Origin: Octopus sinensis
Lineage: Eukaryota
Direction: 5' to 3'
Length of the DNA stretch: 64,000 bases
NCBI RefSeq assembly: GCF_006345805.1
Contig: NC_042999.1
Location: 51,522,001 to 51,586,000 of the forward strand
The notes below the pieces were generated by a model. That model was not told where the DNA came from. It was given only the letters and a program-made list of their open reading frames with translations, and searched no databases. The position numbers and the translations under genes were made by a program. Positions 26,185-39,939 of this stretch are shown here, piece after piece. Position 1 is the first letter of the stretch. Each line of letters opens with the position of its first letter.

Positions 26185-26393
26185 TTCAACTATAAGCAGA
26201 AGGCCTGGCATTTAGGTGGGAGGGAAAAAAATCGATTATGTCGACTCCAATGTTTAACTGATTTCATCGATCCTGAAAAATGAAAGGTAAAAATCGAGTT
26301 CGGAGGAATTTGAACTCAGAGCGTATATCTGGAAGAAATACTGCCAAGTATTCCGTCCAGTATGCTAACGATTCTTGCCAGCTCGCCGCCTTA
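26185..26393 (-). mobile_element. SINE family B, diverged
   Basis: TTTGAACTCAGA and TGCCAGCTCGCCGCCTT head on the reverse strand. Confidence 0.8.
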
Positions 26394-27084
26394 ACTGCAT
26401 AAATAATAATAGTAAATATGACAAGTTATTTGGGAATGGTTTCAGAACAATTTCGTCTGGTGAACAAGAATACGACATTAATAAAAGGAATATGTTCAGG
26501 ATGGATGTGCCAGTGATCTGATTGAACCAATCAAGAACAGATATTAAAACAGGAGGTGCTGAAATAAAGGACATCTCTCTGTCTCTGTTTGTTTCTCTGT
26601 ATCCCTGGCTGTGTGTCTCTCTTTCCTCTGACATCGTTAAGTTTCCACTTCCAGTTATAACAAGGATGTTCTCTACAGCTAACAAAACAATGTTGTATGT
26701 TTTTCAAGGCTATTGGTCAAATAGTCACCATCGGGAAGCGAAACCGATTCCACACCGTCATTAGTTGTTTACATTTCTTTGATTACTTTTGCTATTTTAT
26801 TTTACTTCACCAAGAAATTTTTATGTGAGAAGAGTCTTTGTCATTGTCAGAGTCGAGAGTTGAACCTGCGACATCCACTTTGAAGATACAAATTGTTTTT
26901 CTTTCCTGTGAATTAAGTTTTTGAGTTCAGTGTTTTGTGAGGAGAGGCTGAAATAGTTCTTAATTTCCGGATTTAAATAAAAAATTTTGTAATTGTCATT
27001 CCAGCACAACATAAAACTCCATTCTACTCTAGTACAACATTATACTATGACACTACAATACCACTACACTACTCTGCACTCTAA

Positions 27085-27260
27085 CCAGCGACGGAGTTTA
27101 TACATGGTCTATCGACCAGCTAGAAATAGCAGCCTAATACCCCTCATATCGAACGATTTGTAAAATAGACATGTTGCGAGTTTCCTGCATTTAGAATGCA
27201 GGTATGGTAACGGCTGGAATGTCTTTGATTTATAGATGTACAGAGACAGGACAGACCTGG
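27085..27260. mobile_element. Interspersed repeat family G fragment
   Basis: GGCTGGAATGTCTTTGAT..ACAGACCTGGGG is related in reverse to pieces at ~23775-23835 and ~52145-52225. Confidence 0.45.
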
Positions 27261-28386
27261 GGAGGAATAACAACACTAACAATATCAAGAGCAATTGTAG
27301 TAGTAGCAACAACAACAACAGAACAATACAACAACAACAACAGCCATAACAATAAACACAAGTTTATTTAGGTCTATATAGTTTAACAGCAGTGACGACG
27401 ACGACGACGACGAAAGAGGAGGAAGAAGAAGAAGAAGAAGAAGAAGAAGAAGAAGAAGAAGAAGAAGAAGAAGAAGAAGAAGAAGGAACATGTTTAATTT
27501 GGCGATGGAAAAGATTTCAGTAACATCAATTTCTTCATAATTCTGAAATACGAACACATAATGGCTGAAATATCGGAACAGAAGATCGTTTTTATTACAT
27601 CCGATATGAGAAAATCTATGTGAGGAGCTGCTAAGCTTTCATTGTGATCAGTTTATGAGAAGAAGATAATAAAGTTAGTTGGAAATGTTAATCAGTCAGA
27701 GATAATGTTTCATACTCACCAGACATCATTCAAAGACTTGCCACATTTTCTTTAAACTCTCAACACAAACTACTTTTCTATTGGAAATATCTTTGAAGCT
27801 TGTGCAGAGATCCTAATGTCCCTGGAGATATAATTACTACCACGAGGAAAGACTGAACTATTCACAAATCTCTCTTTGTTTTGTTGAAAGTTTGATATTT
27901 AGCAACAGTCCAGACCGTCTTAAGATGTTTTGTGGATGGAAGAGAAAGATGTGTTTGATATAAAGATCGTAATGTAATATTTGTAATGTTGAAGTCAGGA
28001 TAAAAAAAACGTGTTAAGGGATGTTTCCATGTCTCTCTCACTATTCATGAAGTTAGTGATTGGTGTGATAAATAAGTTTATCAGTCACAAGATTATCCTT
28101 ATTAAACGTAACAAATGTTTCAATTAGTCATTACAAATGGCGACCAAAGTTTAATGACATGTGCTAATGACATGTGCTGGACTAATCATAAAAGATTTTA
28201 CAATAATTTATTATTTAGCTCAACGGAAAAAAACGTTTCGAAGCATTTCTTGCAGCTTTACGTTCTGAGTTTGAATGCTTTTCATCCTTTCAAGGTCAAT
28301 TAAATAAATACCAGTTAAATACTGGGGTCGAAGTAATTGACTAGCTCCACTCCCAAAATTTCAGGCCTTGTGCCTATAATAGAATG

Positions 28387-28680
28387 GATTCTTCTTCTTC
28401 TTCTTCTTTTCTTCTTCTTCTTCTTCTTCTCCTCCTCCTCCTCCTTCTTTTTCTTCTTCTTCTCCTCCTCCTCCTCCTCCTCCTTCTTCTTCTTCTTCTT
28501 CTTCTTCTCTTCTTCTTCTTCTTTTTCTTCTTCTTTTTCTTCTTCTTCTTCTTCTTCTTCTTCTTCTTCTTCTTCTCCTCCTCCTCCTCCTCCTCATTCT
28601 TCTTCTTCTTCTTCTTCTTCTTCTTCTTCTTCTTCTTCTTCTTCTTCTTCTTCTTCTTCTTCTTCTTCTTCTTCTTCTTC
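28387..28680. repeat. (TTC)n/(CTC)n polypyrimidine microsatellite, ~295 bp
   Basis: Directly visible. Confidence 0.97.
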
Positions 28681-29381
28681 CAGCTGTCCACAGTACCGTC
28701 CAATTTTATTCTAGTAGCTTTTTTTTGTTGCTACTTCCGATTTAATAGAATGGAAAACCTGACTCGTAGTTTTCCACTCGGTGATGGTGTGAATGTCTGC
28801 AAGGCAGCTGTAGTATGTGGCACTATCAGTTTCCAACATGGTTTTGATTTTGTCCAAAGAAACATGAAAGTGTTTCGATTTTCGAAAACAGTTGTTAAAT
28901 GTTGAATGATTTTTAAAAACTTAACTTTTTCATCCTGACTTAGAGTTCTTGTGATTTGTTCTGTTTCTGGGATTTACGACACTCGAAATCGAACTTGTTT
29001 TCCATGGCACTATCCAGCAATGAATATATCATACTTTCATTGACTATTTTCTCCAGAGCCAAAAAAAAAAAAACAGAAAAAGAAAAATGACGAAGATAAT
29101 ACAAGAAAAGAAAAAGGATAATAACCTTTTCCGACATTAGACTGCGGCCATGCTGGGGCACGCCATAAAGAATTTTAATCGAACGAATCGACCCCAATAC
29201 TTATTTTTTAAAGCCTAGTACTATTCTATCGGTCTTTTTCCAGTAGCTCCAACAAAACCTGTTATAAAGAGCAATAATAATAATAGTAATAATAATCATG
29301 TTAAAGAAAGTATTATCTGTCTGAGGTCCTTGTTGTCACTTGACTAAAGACTTCGGTGCATTTTTACCTACGCTTACTAAG

Positions 29382-29416
<35 letters not shown>

Positions 29417-29422
29417 TAATAA

Positions 29423-29910
29423 TAACATTGTTTTGTCTTGGTATAAAAGATGGGCTACAGCAAATATTCTGCTCAATACCACAGATTTGCTTGTCAGTTG
29501 TTTGACCTTAACCAGTTGAGCATGTCCCTTAGTGGCTGACGATATGTGCATCTCTGATCACGAGCAGAAGTAGTGGGGGAGCATCATAGCCATGTGTTGA
29601 GAGGGATTCTTTGGGGTTTGAATAATTCACCTCTGGAAACATGGGTGGTTCTTTCAACATCCTTAAACAACCCTTATTCAGGGACCGTTTGAGCGGGATG
29701 GGCTACTCAACCTGAAGAAAATTCTAACTGGGCCCCACCTGCAAGGTCATGTGCTGTTTATCTTGATATGAGATCACCATGTCGCGCACATATGGTTGTG
29801 ATGCATGTGCCTGGTGTGCCCTTATCAGACGGGTAGTCATGATGGGTATATTGGGCTTCGTATATTTTACCCCAGTGTCACTTTGATGGCATGAACTGCT
29901 CTCTCACTCA
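29423..29910. mobile_element. ~490-bp interspersed element flanked on both sides by (AAT)n
   Basis: Higher-GC island between (AAT)n tracts at 29375-29422 and 29911-29920; recognised as a common octopus repeat; no ORF. Confidence 0.55.
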
Positions 29911-30120
29911 ATAATAATAATCATCATCATCATCGTCATAGCATACCCAGCTGACAACAAGGTATGCGATAAAGAAGCAAGCAAAAGACCAAAAGAATAC
30001 AATACCGGGTAGAGTTCTCACACCTCCAACAGCAAAAAAAGAACACACAATGCAGCACACACCTCAGCAACATGGAGGCGTAGCAGTGATGCAATAGAAA
30101 CCTACCTGAAACTACCAAAT

Positions 30121-30415
<295 letters not shown>

Positions 30416-30756
30416 AAAAGAAATGTTAGGAGCAAAGGATAAGCTGATTATATGGAACCCGGGGCTGCTCGATTGGTACTTTCTCTAATCGACCCTGAAA
30501 AGATGAAAGGCAGAGTGGACATCGGCAGGGTTTGAGCTCAGAACGTTGACATAGGGAGAGAGATAGAGAATGGGATGGACAACAGTAAGATGATGGATAT
30601 AAATAAGGAGAGGTGGAGAAAGAAAGAAAGAAAGAGAGACATAAAGAGAGAGAGAGAGAGAGACAAAGGGAGGATATACGATGTAGTATATAGATAGATA
30701 TATAATATAATATAGTATTATATATATATATATATTATATATATATATATATATAC

Positions 30757-30787
<31 letters not shown>

Positions 30788-30850
30788 CATATATTGGTGA
30801 ATTGAAGAAATGGAGCTGAACGCAGATTGAACAGAAATCGTTTTATTTCA

Positions 30851-30930
30851 TTCTACACGTGTTTCGAAAGGCACAAATTACCAAAATCCGATTGAATAAT
30901 GGGACCATATTGTGTCTTTCTCTTCAGGAA
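30851..30930 (-). ncRNA. Type I hammerhead ribozyme motif (left arm, mirror copy)
   Basis: Exact reverse-complement copy of 31015-31094; predicted cut between 30854 and 30853. Confidence 0.75.
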
Positions 30931-31014
30931 GAAAAAAGGAAATCCGTTGGAAAAACAAAAACAGAACAGAGGCCTCTGTTCTGTTTTTGTTTTTCCAACG
31001 GATTTCCTTTTTTC

Positions 31015-31094
31015 TTCCTGAAGAGAAAGACACAATATGGTCCCATTATTCAATCGGATTTTGGTAATTTGTGCCTTTCGAAACACGTGTAGAA
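31015..31094 (+). ncRNA. Type I hammerhead ribozyme motif (right arm)
   Basis: CUGAAGA 31018-31024; stem II GAAAG-a-CACAA / TTGTG-c-CTTTC; GAAA 31080-31083; self-complementary stem III ACACGTGT; GUA triplet 31089-31091; stem I TTC/GAA, extendable with a bulge. Confidence 0.75.
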
Positions 31095-31370
31095 TGAAAT
31101 AAAACGATTTCTGTTCAATCTGCGTTCAGCTCCATTTCTTCAATTCACCAATAATGTTTTAATTTCAATTATCCGCACCAACGCACGGTTGCAACGCCAG
31201 ATGGTTGTACCTCCAACCGTGCTGTTTACTGCTGTGATTTTTGCTACTAAGGTATCGCTTAAACTTTTGATTAATCTACTACAAGATTATTCATCTTTCT
31301 ATTTCACATTATATATACATATATATATATACATACATATATATATATATACATACATATATATATATAT

Positions 31371-31576
31371 ATTCAAAATGTGACCGCGTGTGTACCGTTG
31401 GCGATTTTCTTTCCTCTGTCTTCCTTTCTCTGGATCTTTCCTTCTCCTATGTTTCCGACGAAGAGCTCCGCTCGAAACGTTAATCCTTCCTTCTTTCCTT
31501 CTTTCCTGAACGTCCAATAATACTATATTTGTTCCACGTCCTCGCGTTGTGTTTTTTTGTGCTTTCTTGTTTGGAT

Positions 31577-31580
<4 letters not shown>
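31371..31580 (+). mobile_element. 210-bp PLE-like terminal cassette in (TA)n with minimal hammerhead-like motif
   Basis: GTTT-CCGACGA-A-GAGC(TCC)GCTC-GAAAC-GTT-AATC at 31451-31485. Same boundaries as the inverted copy at 49405-49618. Confidence 0.65.
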
Positions 31581-31632
<52 letters not shown>

Positions 31633-32342
31633 TATTTGCCTAATAGTGGTTTTATCTCTAATTTAATATAATATAATATAATAATATATATATATATATA
31701 TAAGAGAGAGAGAGAGAGTGAGAGAGAAAGAGAGAGAGAGAGAGATGCAAAGTGGTGTATATAAAGCAGGAAACCAACTTGCCAATTGCTTGTTGTTTGG
31801 AACGAAGCCACTGTAGCTATGGAATTGTGTAGAAGATGAATATTTGTGCTTGCAAATATTGCAGTCTATTTTCTTTATTATTTACCATAATTGATTGCAC
31901 ATTTTCACATTGGACTCAATTACGGATGACAGAAGGCAATTTATTCCAATTTCTACTTTTCCAAGCTGTTCAATTCAAACGAAATAGCTTTCTTTAAAAA
32001 CTTCACCAATAAATCCAGCAGGCGTTCTTCATTTAAATAGATTCTCTGTTCTTTGTTTCTTTACTTGAAGGAATCAGCATTGTGGTGTTCGATAACAAGA
32101 TTTACTTAAACTGGTTCCATTCTCACCAATTATTCCTGATGGAGTTTAACCTCCAGCCTTGATTGTTTCTTCTGAATAATCTTTTCTGCAGCTCTTGGTT
32201 AATTTTAATGTTATTAAGGAGTCATTGCTGATCAGACTCAATCATAAGACTACATCGATTCTGATCAGACTATGTTGCTATACAAGCGAAATAAAGACCT
32301 TATTAATCGCGTTCCGAAAGTTATTCATGTATTTATGGTTTA

Positions 32343-32578
32343 TCTATATATATAAAACTAAGAATGTCTGTCTGTCTGTCTGTGTGAATCCCTAAAACTT
32401 GAGAACTACACAACCGATTTCATTCAAATTTTACACATGCCTTACTTAGGGTCCATGGATTGTCATGGGCAAAAATATCTTTAACCTCTTGCCTAGGGCG
32501 AGCCCACAGCAATATCATATCTTCTCCACTATTTCAGTATTACGTGTTAAAAGTGAAACAAAAACATCTTTCTATTGT
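32343..32578 (+). mobile_element. Non-autonomous Helitron, 5' part
   Basis: A|TCTATATATATAAAACT start followed by (GTCT)n, the same architecture as 56429-56712. 3' CTAG end not found. Confidence 0.55.
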
Positions 32579-32592
32579 ATGTATATGGATGT

Positions 32593-32644
<52 letters not shown>

Positions 32645-32646
32645 TC

Positions 32647-32681
<35 letters not shown>

Positions 32682-32702
32682 ATATATATATTATACATAT
32701 AC

Positions 32703-32735
<33 letters not shown>

Positions 32736-33000
32736 TAATATATATATTATATATATATATTATATATATACATACATGTATATATATAGATATATATGTA
32801 TACATGTATATGTATAGCTGTATATGTATACATGTATATGTATAGATGTATTTCTATAAGATATACATGTATATGTATACATGTATGTCTAGATGTGTAT
32901 ATATAGATATACATGTAATATGTACACCTATATATACACATATACACATGCATACATATATACACCCATACACACATAAACCCCCACAAACACATACATA

Positions 33001-33312
33001 GGTGCAGGTGTGGCTGTGTGGTAACAAACTTGGTTCCAAAACACATGGTCCTCAGTTCAGTCCCACAGTGTGGTAACTTGGCATGTGTCTTCTGCTATAG
33101 CCTCAGACCAACCAAAGCCTTGTCAGTGGATTTTGTAGACAGAAACTGAAAGAAATCAATTGTATGTATATGTATGTATATATATATGTAAGTCTATGTG
33201 TGTGTCTTTGTGTTTCTCCCTCATCACTGCTTCACAACTGGCGTTCGTTTATTTACATCCCCATAACTTACTGGTTTCACAAAAAGAAACTGATAGAATA
33301 AGTACCAGGCTT
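33001..33312 (+). mobile_element. SINE family A, old diverged copy
   Basis: Colinear with 11649-12110, many substitutions. Confidence 0.8.
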
Positions 33313-33611
33313 ATCAAAATGCCAAATTTTATTTTGGTACTTATGGGAGCAACTGTCTTTGAAGACTCATATTGTCGTTCAATGCTCGAAATGAGGAGTA
33401 GATAGCAAACAACTGATGACGGATCGTTCTTTACGTTACCTGTCCTGTTTACCATTTATTTCCATTTGTTGTTTGCGTATCGAATTCGTTTATTTTCGTA
33501 TTTCATGTTGTTTACTCTTGGTGACGTTCTGTACCGATATATGCATGTTTACACACACACACTATATATATATATATATATATATACACACTGACAAATA
33601 TGCAATGTATA

Positions 33612-33672
<61 letters not shown>

Positions 33673-33698
33673 GCATGTATATATATATTCAGATATGC

Positions 33699-33741
<43 letters not shown>

Positions 33742-34651
33742 CACAATACTCACACGCGCACACCACACACCATATATACATACAACATACATACATACAT
33801 ACATACATACATACATACAACATACATACATACACACATATATATATATACATATATATATTATTTATACTATTATTATTATTATTATTTTATACACACA
33901 CATACACACAAACGCATACACACACTTGTGTGTCATTAATCATCCGTAATGTACGCATAATATATTTTCCATTTGCAGAATTAGTTGCGCACGCTTCCTT
34001 AGGCATGCTCTCTTTCTCTCTCTCTCTAGCTTCATCACTAGATGTATCCCCCTCTCTCTCTTTCCTCTTTTATCAATGTATAATCACTTCGAGGTAAGTT
34101 TCAACATGAAACTTCTAATGAGCTGAGATTGATAACAATCGTTTCCCGATATTTCATTTCCTTCAATGAAGAACATGGATGCATGCACAGAATATGCATG
34201 TTAGCCTACCTGCATATGCATATACAGGTTGTTTGGATTAAATTTGATAATTCTTATGTCTTCCTTTTTTTTTTAGGAACAGCTTGATGGATTGGTAAAC
34301 AGTCGCAGGGGTTGTGGAGCTTAAAGATTAAAGTTGTAGCTGAAGAAAAAAAAAAACAAAGCAAAAAAACCAAACACTTGCCCAAAGTGCCACCGAGCAG
34401 GGACTGAACCAAGAATCATATGATTGGGAAGTAGACTTCTTACCACATTGCCACGTCTACAAGTATATAGACATAGATGGCATTACATATGCGAGTGCGT
34501 ATATGCATGGGCGTAAGCGTAGCTGTGTGAGAAGTTTGCTTCCCAACCACATAGTTACGGGTTCAGTCCCACTGCGTCACACTGCGTCCACACTGCATCA
34601 CATTGGAATTAAATGGTCTTGATTTATTGTGTTAGGTGACTTTTGGCAACC

Positions 34652-34708
<57 letters not shown>

Positions 34709-34712
34709 ATAT

Positions 34713-34799
<87 letters not shown>

Positions 34800-34800
<1 letters not shown>

Positions 34801-35226
34801 CGCAGGAATGGCTGGGTGGTAAGTAGCTTTGTTACCAGCCACATGGTTCCGGGTTCAGTCCCACTGCGTGGCACCTTGGGCAAGTGTCTTCTACTATAGC
34901 CTCGGGCCGACCAAAGCCTTGTGAGTGGATTTGGTAGACGGAAACTGAAAGAAGCCCGTCGTATGTATGTATATATATTTATATATATATGTATGTGTGC
35001 GCGTGTATGTTTGTGTGTCTGTGTTTGTCCCCCTAGCATTGCTTGACAACCGATGCTGGTGTGTTTATGTCCCCGTCACTTAGCGGTTCGGCAAAAGAGA
35101 CCGATAGAATAAGTACTGGGCTCACAAAAGAATAAGTCCTGGGGTCGATTTGCTCGATTAAAGGCGGTGCTCCAGCGTGGCCGCAGTCAAATGACTGAAA
35201 CAAGTAAAAGAGTAAAAGAGTAAAGA
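34800..35226 (+). mobile_element. SINE family A, full length, inserted at a (TA)n tract
   Basis: Colinear with 11649-12110. Confidence 0.92.
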
Positions 35227-35232
35227 GAGAGA

Positions 35233-35304
<72 letters not shown>

Positions 35305-35339
35305 TGTGTTGCGCGCGTGTGTCCCATCAACAGTTGATG

Positions 35340-37190
35340 ACCGTACCAAAGTGGTAAAGTGGTATTGGTCATCAAGAGAAACTTTCTGATGAAAAATATT
35401 GTAGACAGTCTTAATGACGATCCCGTGTCTTGCAGGAAGATATCCTGTAGACATATTTGAACAGCTGCTGATTATATGAGTCATATCTCCCTGCCCTGGT
35501 ATAAGCACAATCGATATTTCCTATTACCACGCGACACTCTAGAGGTATCCTTATCTCTCTTTTTAATCAGATATTTGGCAGCCCTCCTTTATTCTTAGCA
35601 AAGGCGTAGCTTCTAGATGAGATATGTATATATTTATCACAGGTCCAAAGTGAGGCTCTTATTTCTGTCAATGTTGTTGGTATCCTCTAACTTGTAAGCT
35701 GTGTACTCATACACAGTGTTCTGCATGTAAGATGAGTGTTTCCCTTAGCAACCACTCTTCATCTGCATGGAACAATTGTGCATGTAAAGTGAGTATTCGG
35801 CTTTCACCTTGTGTTGTCATGACCTTCACTTTTGAGTATACACATGGTATATTCCTTTCTCTCTTTACCGTTCAGTAAATGTTGTCGAAGTGATACGATG
35901 AGACAGTTAAAAGACTTCTGAACTGACCTTATAATCTATTTCCGCTCCTCTCTTTAACAGATCCTGCCAGTGTCCCTTTTCACATAAAGCAAAATCGGCA
36001 CTGCGAAAGCATTGTGCGATATGATTTTCATCGAATGCAGACATCTCTGACTTCCATATCTTCCGAAGTCTGTTGAAATATTCTTTTGTCATTCAAGATT
36101 TACTCGCAACACCAACATATGCACCATTCTCACTAATTCCCAGGTATTTGTAACAGTCACGATTGGCGAGAGCAGAGACAGAAAAACGACTACTATCTAC
36201 ACTTCTACTCTGGTTGGTAATTTTTCTTTGATTGACAACCGAATATGTATAGTTATTCTGGCTAAACAGCTATTTCCTATGATAATGCTGCCACTATTCT
36301 GTCTTTTGGTGTCCTGAATATTACTGAAATAGTATAAGATTATCGAGTAAAGAGGTATGGCTAACATTTTCTTTCTCCTCAGCAGATTCTAATACGTAGT
36401 TTTGGCATTTCCTCAACTGGGATGTTTGTGAGAAGCTGTTTGGCACAACTTCAAACTCCAGCCGTCTTTTTGTTAGTTCAATGGTTATCGTATTTTGTTT
36501 CCGTTGTTAGTGAAATACATACAAAGAACCAATGCATACTTCATATATAATATCTAAGCAAGCCGGAGGCCTGTAGATTTTACCTCATACGTATCTCCTG
36601 GTCCTTAGAAATCAGCGTTGTCTCTACAACTTCCAGCCAGTTTGTCATATCCAACTAAATATCCATTGTTTTTTTTTAAATAAGTTGAGAATTTCCATGT
36701 AGAATGTGAATTTTTTTATGATAATAGTCAACTATCAGTTTTCTCAGGTATGATTTGTCATTTGATAGTTTCCCGAAAACTGCGAGTAGAGTTTCATTGT
36801 TATATAATGTTTTAGGACAGACGTTTACATCACGTTTCATATTCCATTTCTCATTTAACTGTACTGCTTGTTTATATTCCAGATTTAATTCCTCTCAATC
36901 CAAGATGATTCCATATCACCAGAGAGAGGGATATTTAAGGAGAACTAGCAATCACTAGCAATCTTGATGGCATAACCTTCTGTGTTGTGGGTTCAGAACA
37001 AACTTATGGTTGATAGTCTTAAGTTTGAGTAATGTCTTCCAACGACAAAATTTAGTGATATTTAAGGACAATCAATTTAGCTGACAATATCTTTTGCAAG
37101 TAGTTCCTATAGATTATGGATTCTTTAATGAGGTCATAGTTGGAAGTTCTTGAATTCATTTTGAGAACCTGCCGTTTAGTTTGATATCAG
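35340..37190 (-). mobile_element. R4/Dong LINE, heavily degraded RT to zinc finger
   Basis: WLEVVETTLISK..IYRPPACLDIIYEV (RT start); TKEYFNRLRKIWKSEMSAF; DMTHIISSCSNMSTGYLPARH..KTVYN. Left boundary firmer than right. Confidence 0.7.
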
Positions 37191-37843
37191 CACCTGTCAC
37201 CATGGCTGCCTTCAACGGGATTCACTCTGCTGCAAATATTGGAGCTGGGGTTTAAGCCTCCGGTTTAATGATACCTTCCCCTCTATCCCAGCAGCCTCTG
37301 AGGCCCAGCAAAAAGTCATAAGTATGGCCTTCCCTTCTGAATAAACCGTAAAAAAATCTGATATTGTCATTCCATCGTCCGACGACTTATTTTGGCCAGC
37401 GGTAATCCCTTTTGTTTGTGTCATATCGATCGATCTTTGTTGATCAATAATAATCACATCACAACAGGACAGCATTCAATGCAGAAAAACCGACAACTTC
37501 AAATCTAAGTTATGCGTTATTTGCTGATTTGATCGGTCACTGATAACATCACGTCAGTAGGATTTCTATCATAATCTTTCATTTTGTGACATGTCTTCTT
37601 TACATCTTACTATCATTTGGGTTTTGAACTGTTTCTATTCTTCACTCATTTTTCTATGTTTATAAGTGACATCCGACACTCTATTAACGGCGGTCATCCT
37701 GTCTTAGTGGTATCATTGTTTTTGTTTTGGTCTTGCTATGCTTTTTAGCAATATTTTTAACGTTTGGAGAATCTACAAGGCTTCTGCTTTTAGTTACGCA
37801 GGATAAAGGGCAGTTGATAAGAATATTTTTATCTATATATATA

Positions 37844-37897
<54 letters not shown>

Positions 37898-38044
37898 ATA
37901 TATATATATATATATAATATATATGTATATATGAAAAATATTCTTATTAACTGGCCTCTGCAATTCTTGGCAGAGAAGAAGAAGAAGAAGAGGAAAAAGA
38001 AGAAAAAGAAGAAGAAGAAGAAGAAGGAGGAGGAGGGGGAGAAT

Positions 38045-38415
38045 AATAATAATGTAAGAGTGCCAGGATGTTAAATGGTCAAGTGCCCTGAAAGTGACTT
38101 GTTGTGGATGGTAGTAGTGATTGAATTCTTGAGCCATCTCTTTTGAATGTATTGTTTTTAATATTTGCGTAGGTGTTATTCTAAACAGATATCCCATGAC
38201 CAGGTTAGCAAAGGCGGAGCCATTCTCGTAGCCATCGCAGTCCCCGATTTTTGTCGATAGAAGATGTCATTGAAGACGAAGTAGTTATTCTCCAAGATGA
38301 ATTTTAGCCCTTCTATCACGAATTCTTTTTTGATGCGATTTGGGATTTCGTTGGGGTAATTCTCTAGCCAGAATTGAATTGCCTCTATTCCTAGGTTGTG
38401 GGAGATGTATTGTAC
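38045..38415 (-). mobile_element. Penelope-like element reverse transcriptase fragment
   Basis: [59 protein letters not shown] matches PLE RT (LYTNIPH..ILxNNYFxF..YxQxxGTAMGTxxAP). Confidence 0.85.
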
Positions 38416-38435
38416 ATACATACATAATACATACA

Positions 38436-38550
<115 letters not shown>

Positions 38551-38675
38551 TACATACACATATATATATAATGTATATATATATGTATTTATATGTATAT
38601 ATATGTGAATATAAATATATATATATATATAATATATTATATATTTATGTATATATCATATATATATAAGTATAC

Positions 38676-38730
<55 letters not shown>

Positions 38731-39939
38731 GTATATATTTATATATATGTGTGTTTGTGTATATGTATGCATGTTTATATACTCACATATGTGCACAAAC
38801 TGAAGCATACACACATATTTATGTATGTGTGTGTGTGTGTGTATTTACATATCTATATTCATTGAAGAGAAAAAAATCAAATAAAACATTGATAAACGGG
38901 TAGGTAAATGATATTTGTCAGTACTGTACTTATCTTTTCTCCACCCGAATCAGTATTCATAAAAGTAACCCCAATCTTCTAATCGCCGCTAGAATACACA
39001 CAGAACACTTATCTATAGAGAAATCGATTATTTTTCCATATATATGAAAATATTTGCATTCCTTTATAAAAGATCATGAATTTTGAGATGTGGGTAAAAA
39101 TATATACGACGCTGTTTTTTTTATTGTTTGTGTTCACCCTTTTAGCGATTTGGGTACTTATGTAAATAGCCTTTTGAATCTAAAAACTTCCAAGTATTAA
39201 ATAACCATTCCGATCGATTTTCAGCGACACTGATCCTAAATTGTTGAATTCTTCAACCAAATAAAATTTGCTGATGATAATGTAAAACTCTTATTTCAGA
39301 CAAGTACATACAACCAGATTCGAAAAGTGGCTTTAAAGAAAGTATTTCTTCATTTCTTTTTCGAGATGTTTCACTTTTAAATAGATGCAAGATTCAAGTC
39401 AATTTCATACATCACGCCAAACCGATTGGTGAGGAAATTTATCATTTCTCTTGTTCGAGGTATCTGGCCGACCAAGATATTTTTATAGTTTTCTTGCTTA
39501 ATCAAAGATTTATTGCAGTTGGTTGGCTTAAAAATGCCGAAGAAGCGAGGCTAAAAAAGAAAATGATAGAATAAATGACACCAACTGCATATTTGCTGTC
39601 GCTGCCGCCGTGATATGTTGCCGTAGTAAGTCGTTTAGTTGAAAAACTAGTAGTTCTGTTCTTAAATATCTGTGATAGTTTATATGACAAGGACCTAGCT
39701 GACAAGAAAAGGAAACCAGAAAAATATTTTTAATGGCTGTTATTCGATGGTTTGCAGCTAACTTTTAGCTCAGATATTTTTTAGAGTATTCACTATTCCG
39801 TAGCGGAGAAAGTATAAACCTAAGTTTAGGATCACACTTATTATTGATAGCAACAGCCCGACACTTTCGTAATCATTAAATATCTTGGATATGCTAATAA
39901 ACGATATCAGTATGTCAGGTGCAGCGTTATAATAATATA

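Larger units (their letters stand above)
30792..31153. repeat. Perfect 362-bp palindrome (181-bp arms, no spacer)
   Basis: Centre AGAGG|CCTCT at 30972/30973. The ORF track gives an identical 77-aa ORF on both strands (30853-31086 minus, 30859-31092 plus). Confidence 0.97.

Noticed and set aside
30853-31092. Identical 77-aa ORF on both strands
   Set aside because: A consequence of the palindrome; no protein features.
31860-32200. Possible decayed transposase on the minus strand
   Set aside because: Stops in all frames and no identifiable domain.
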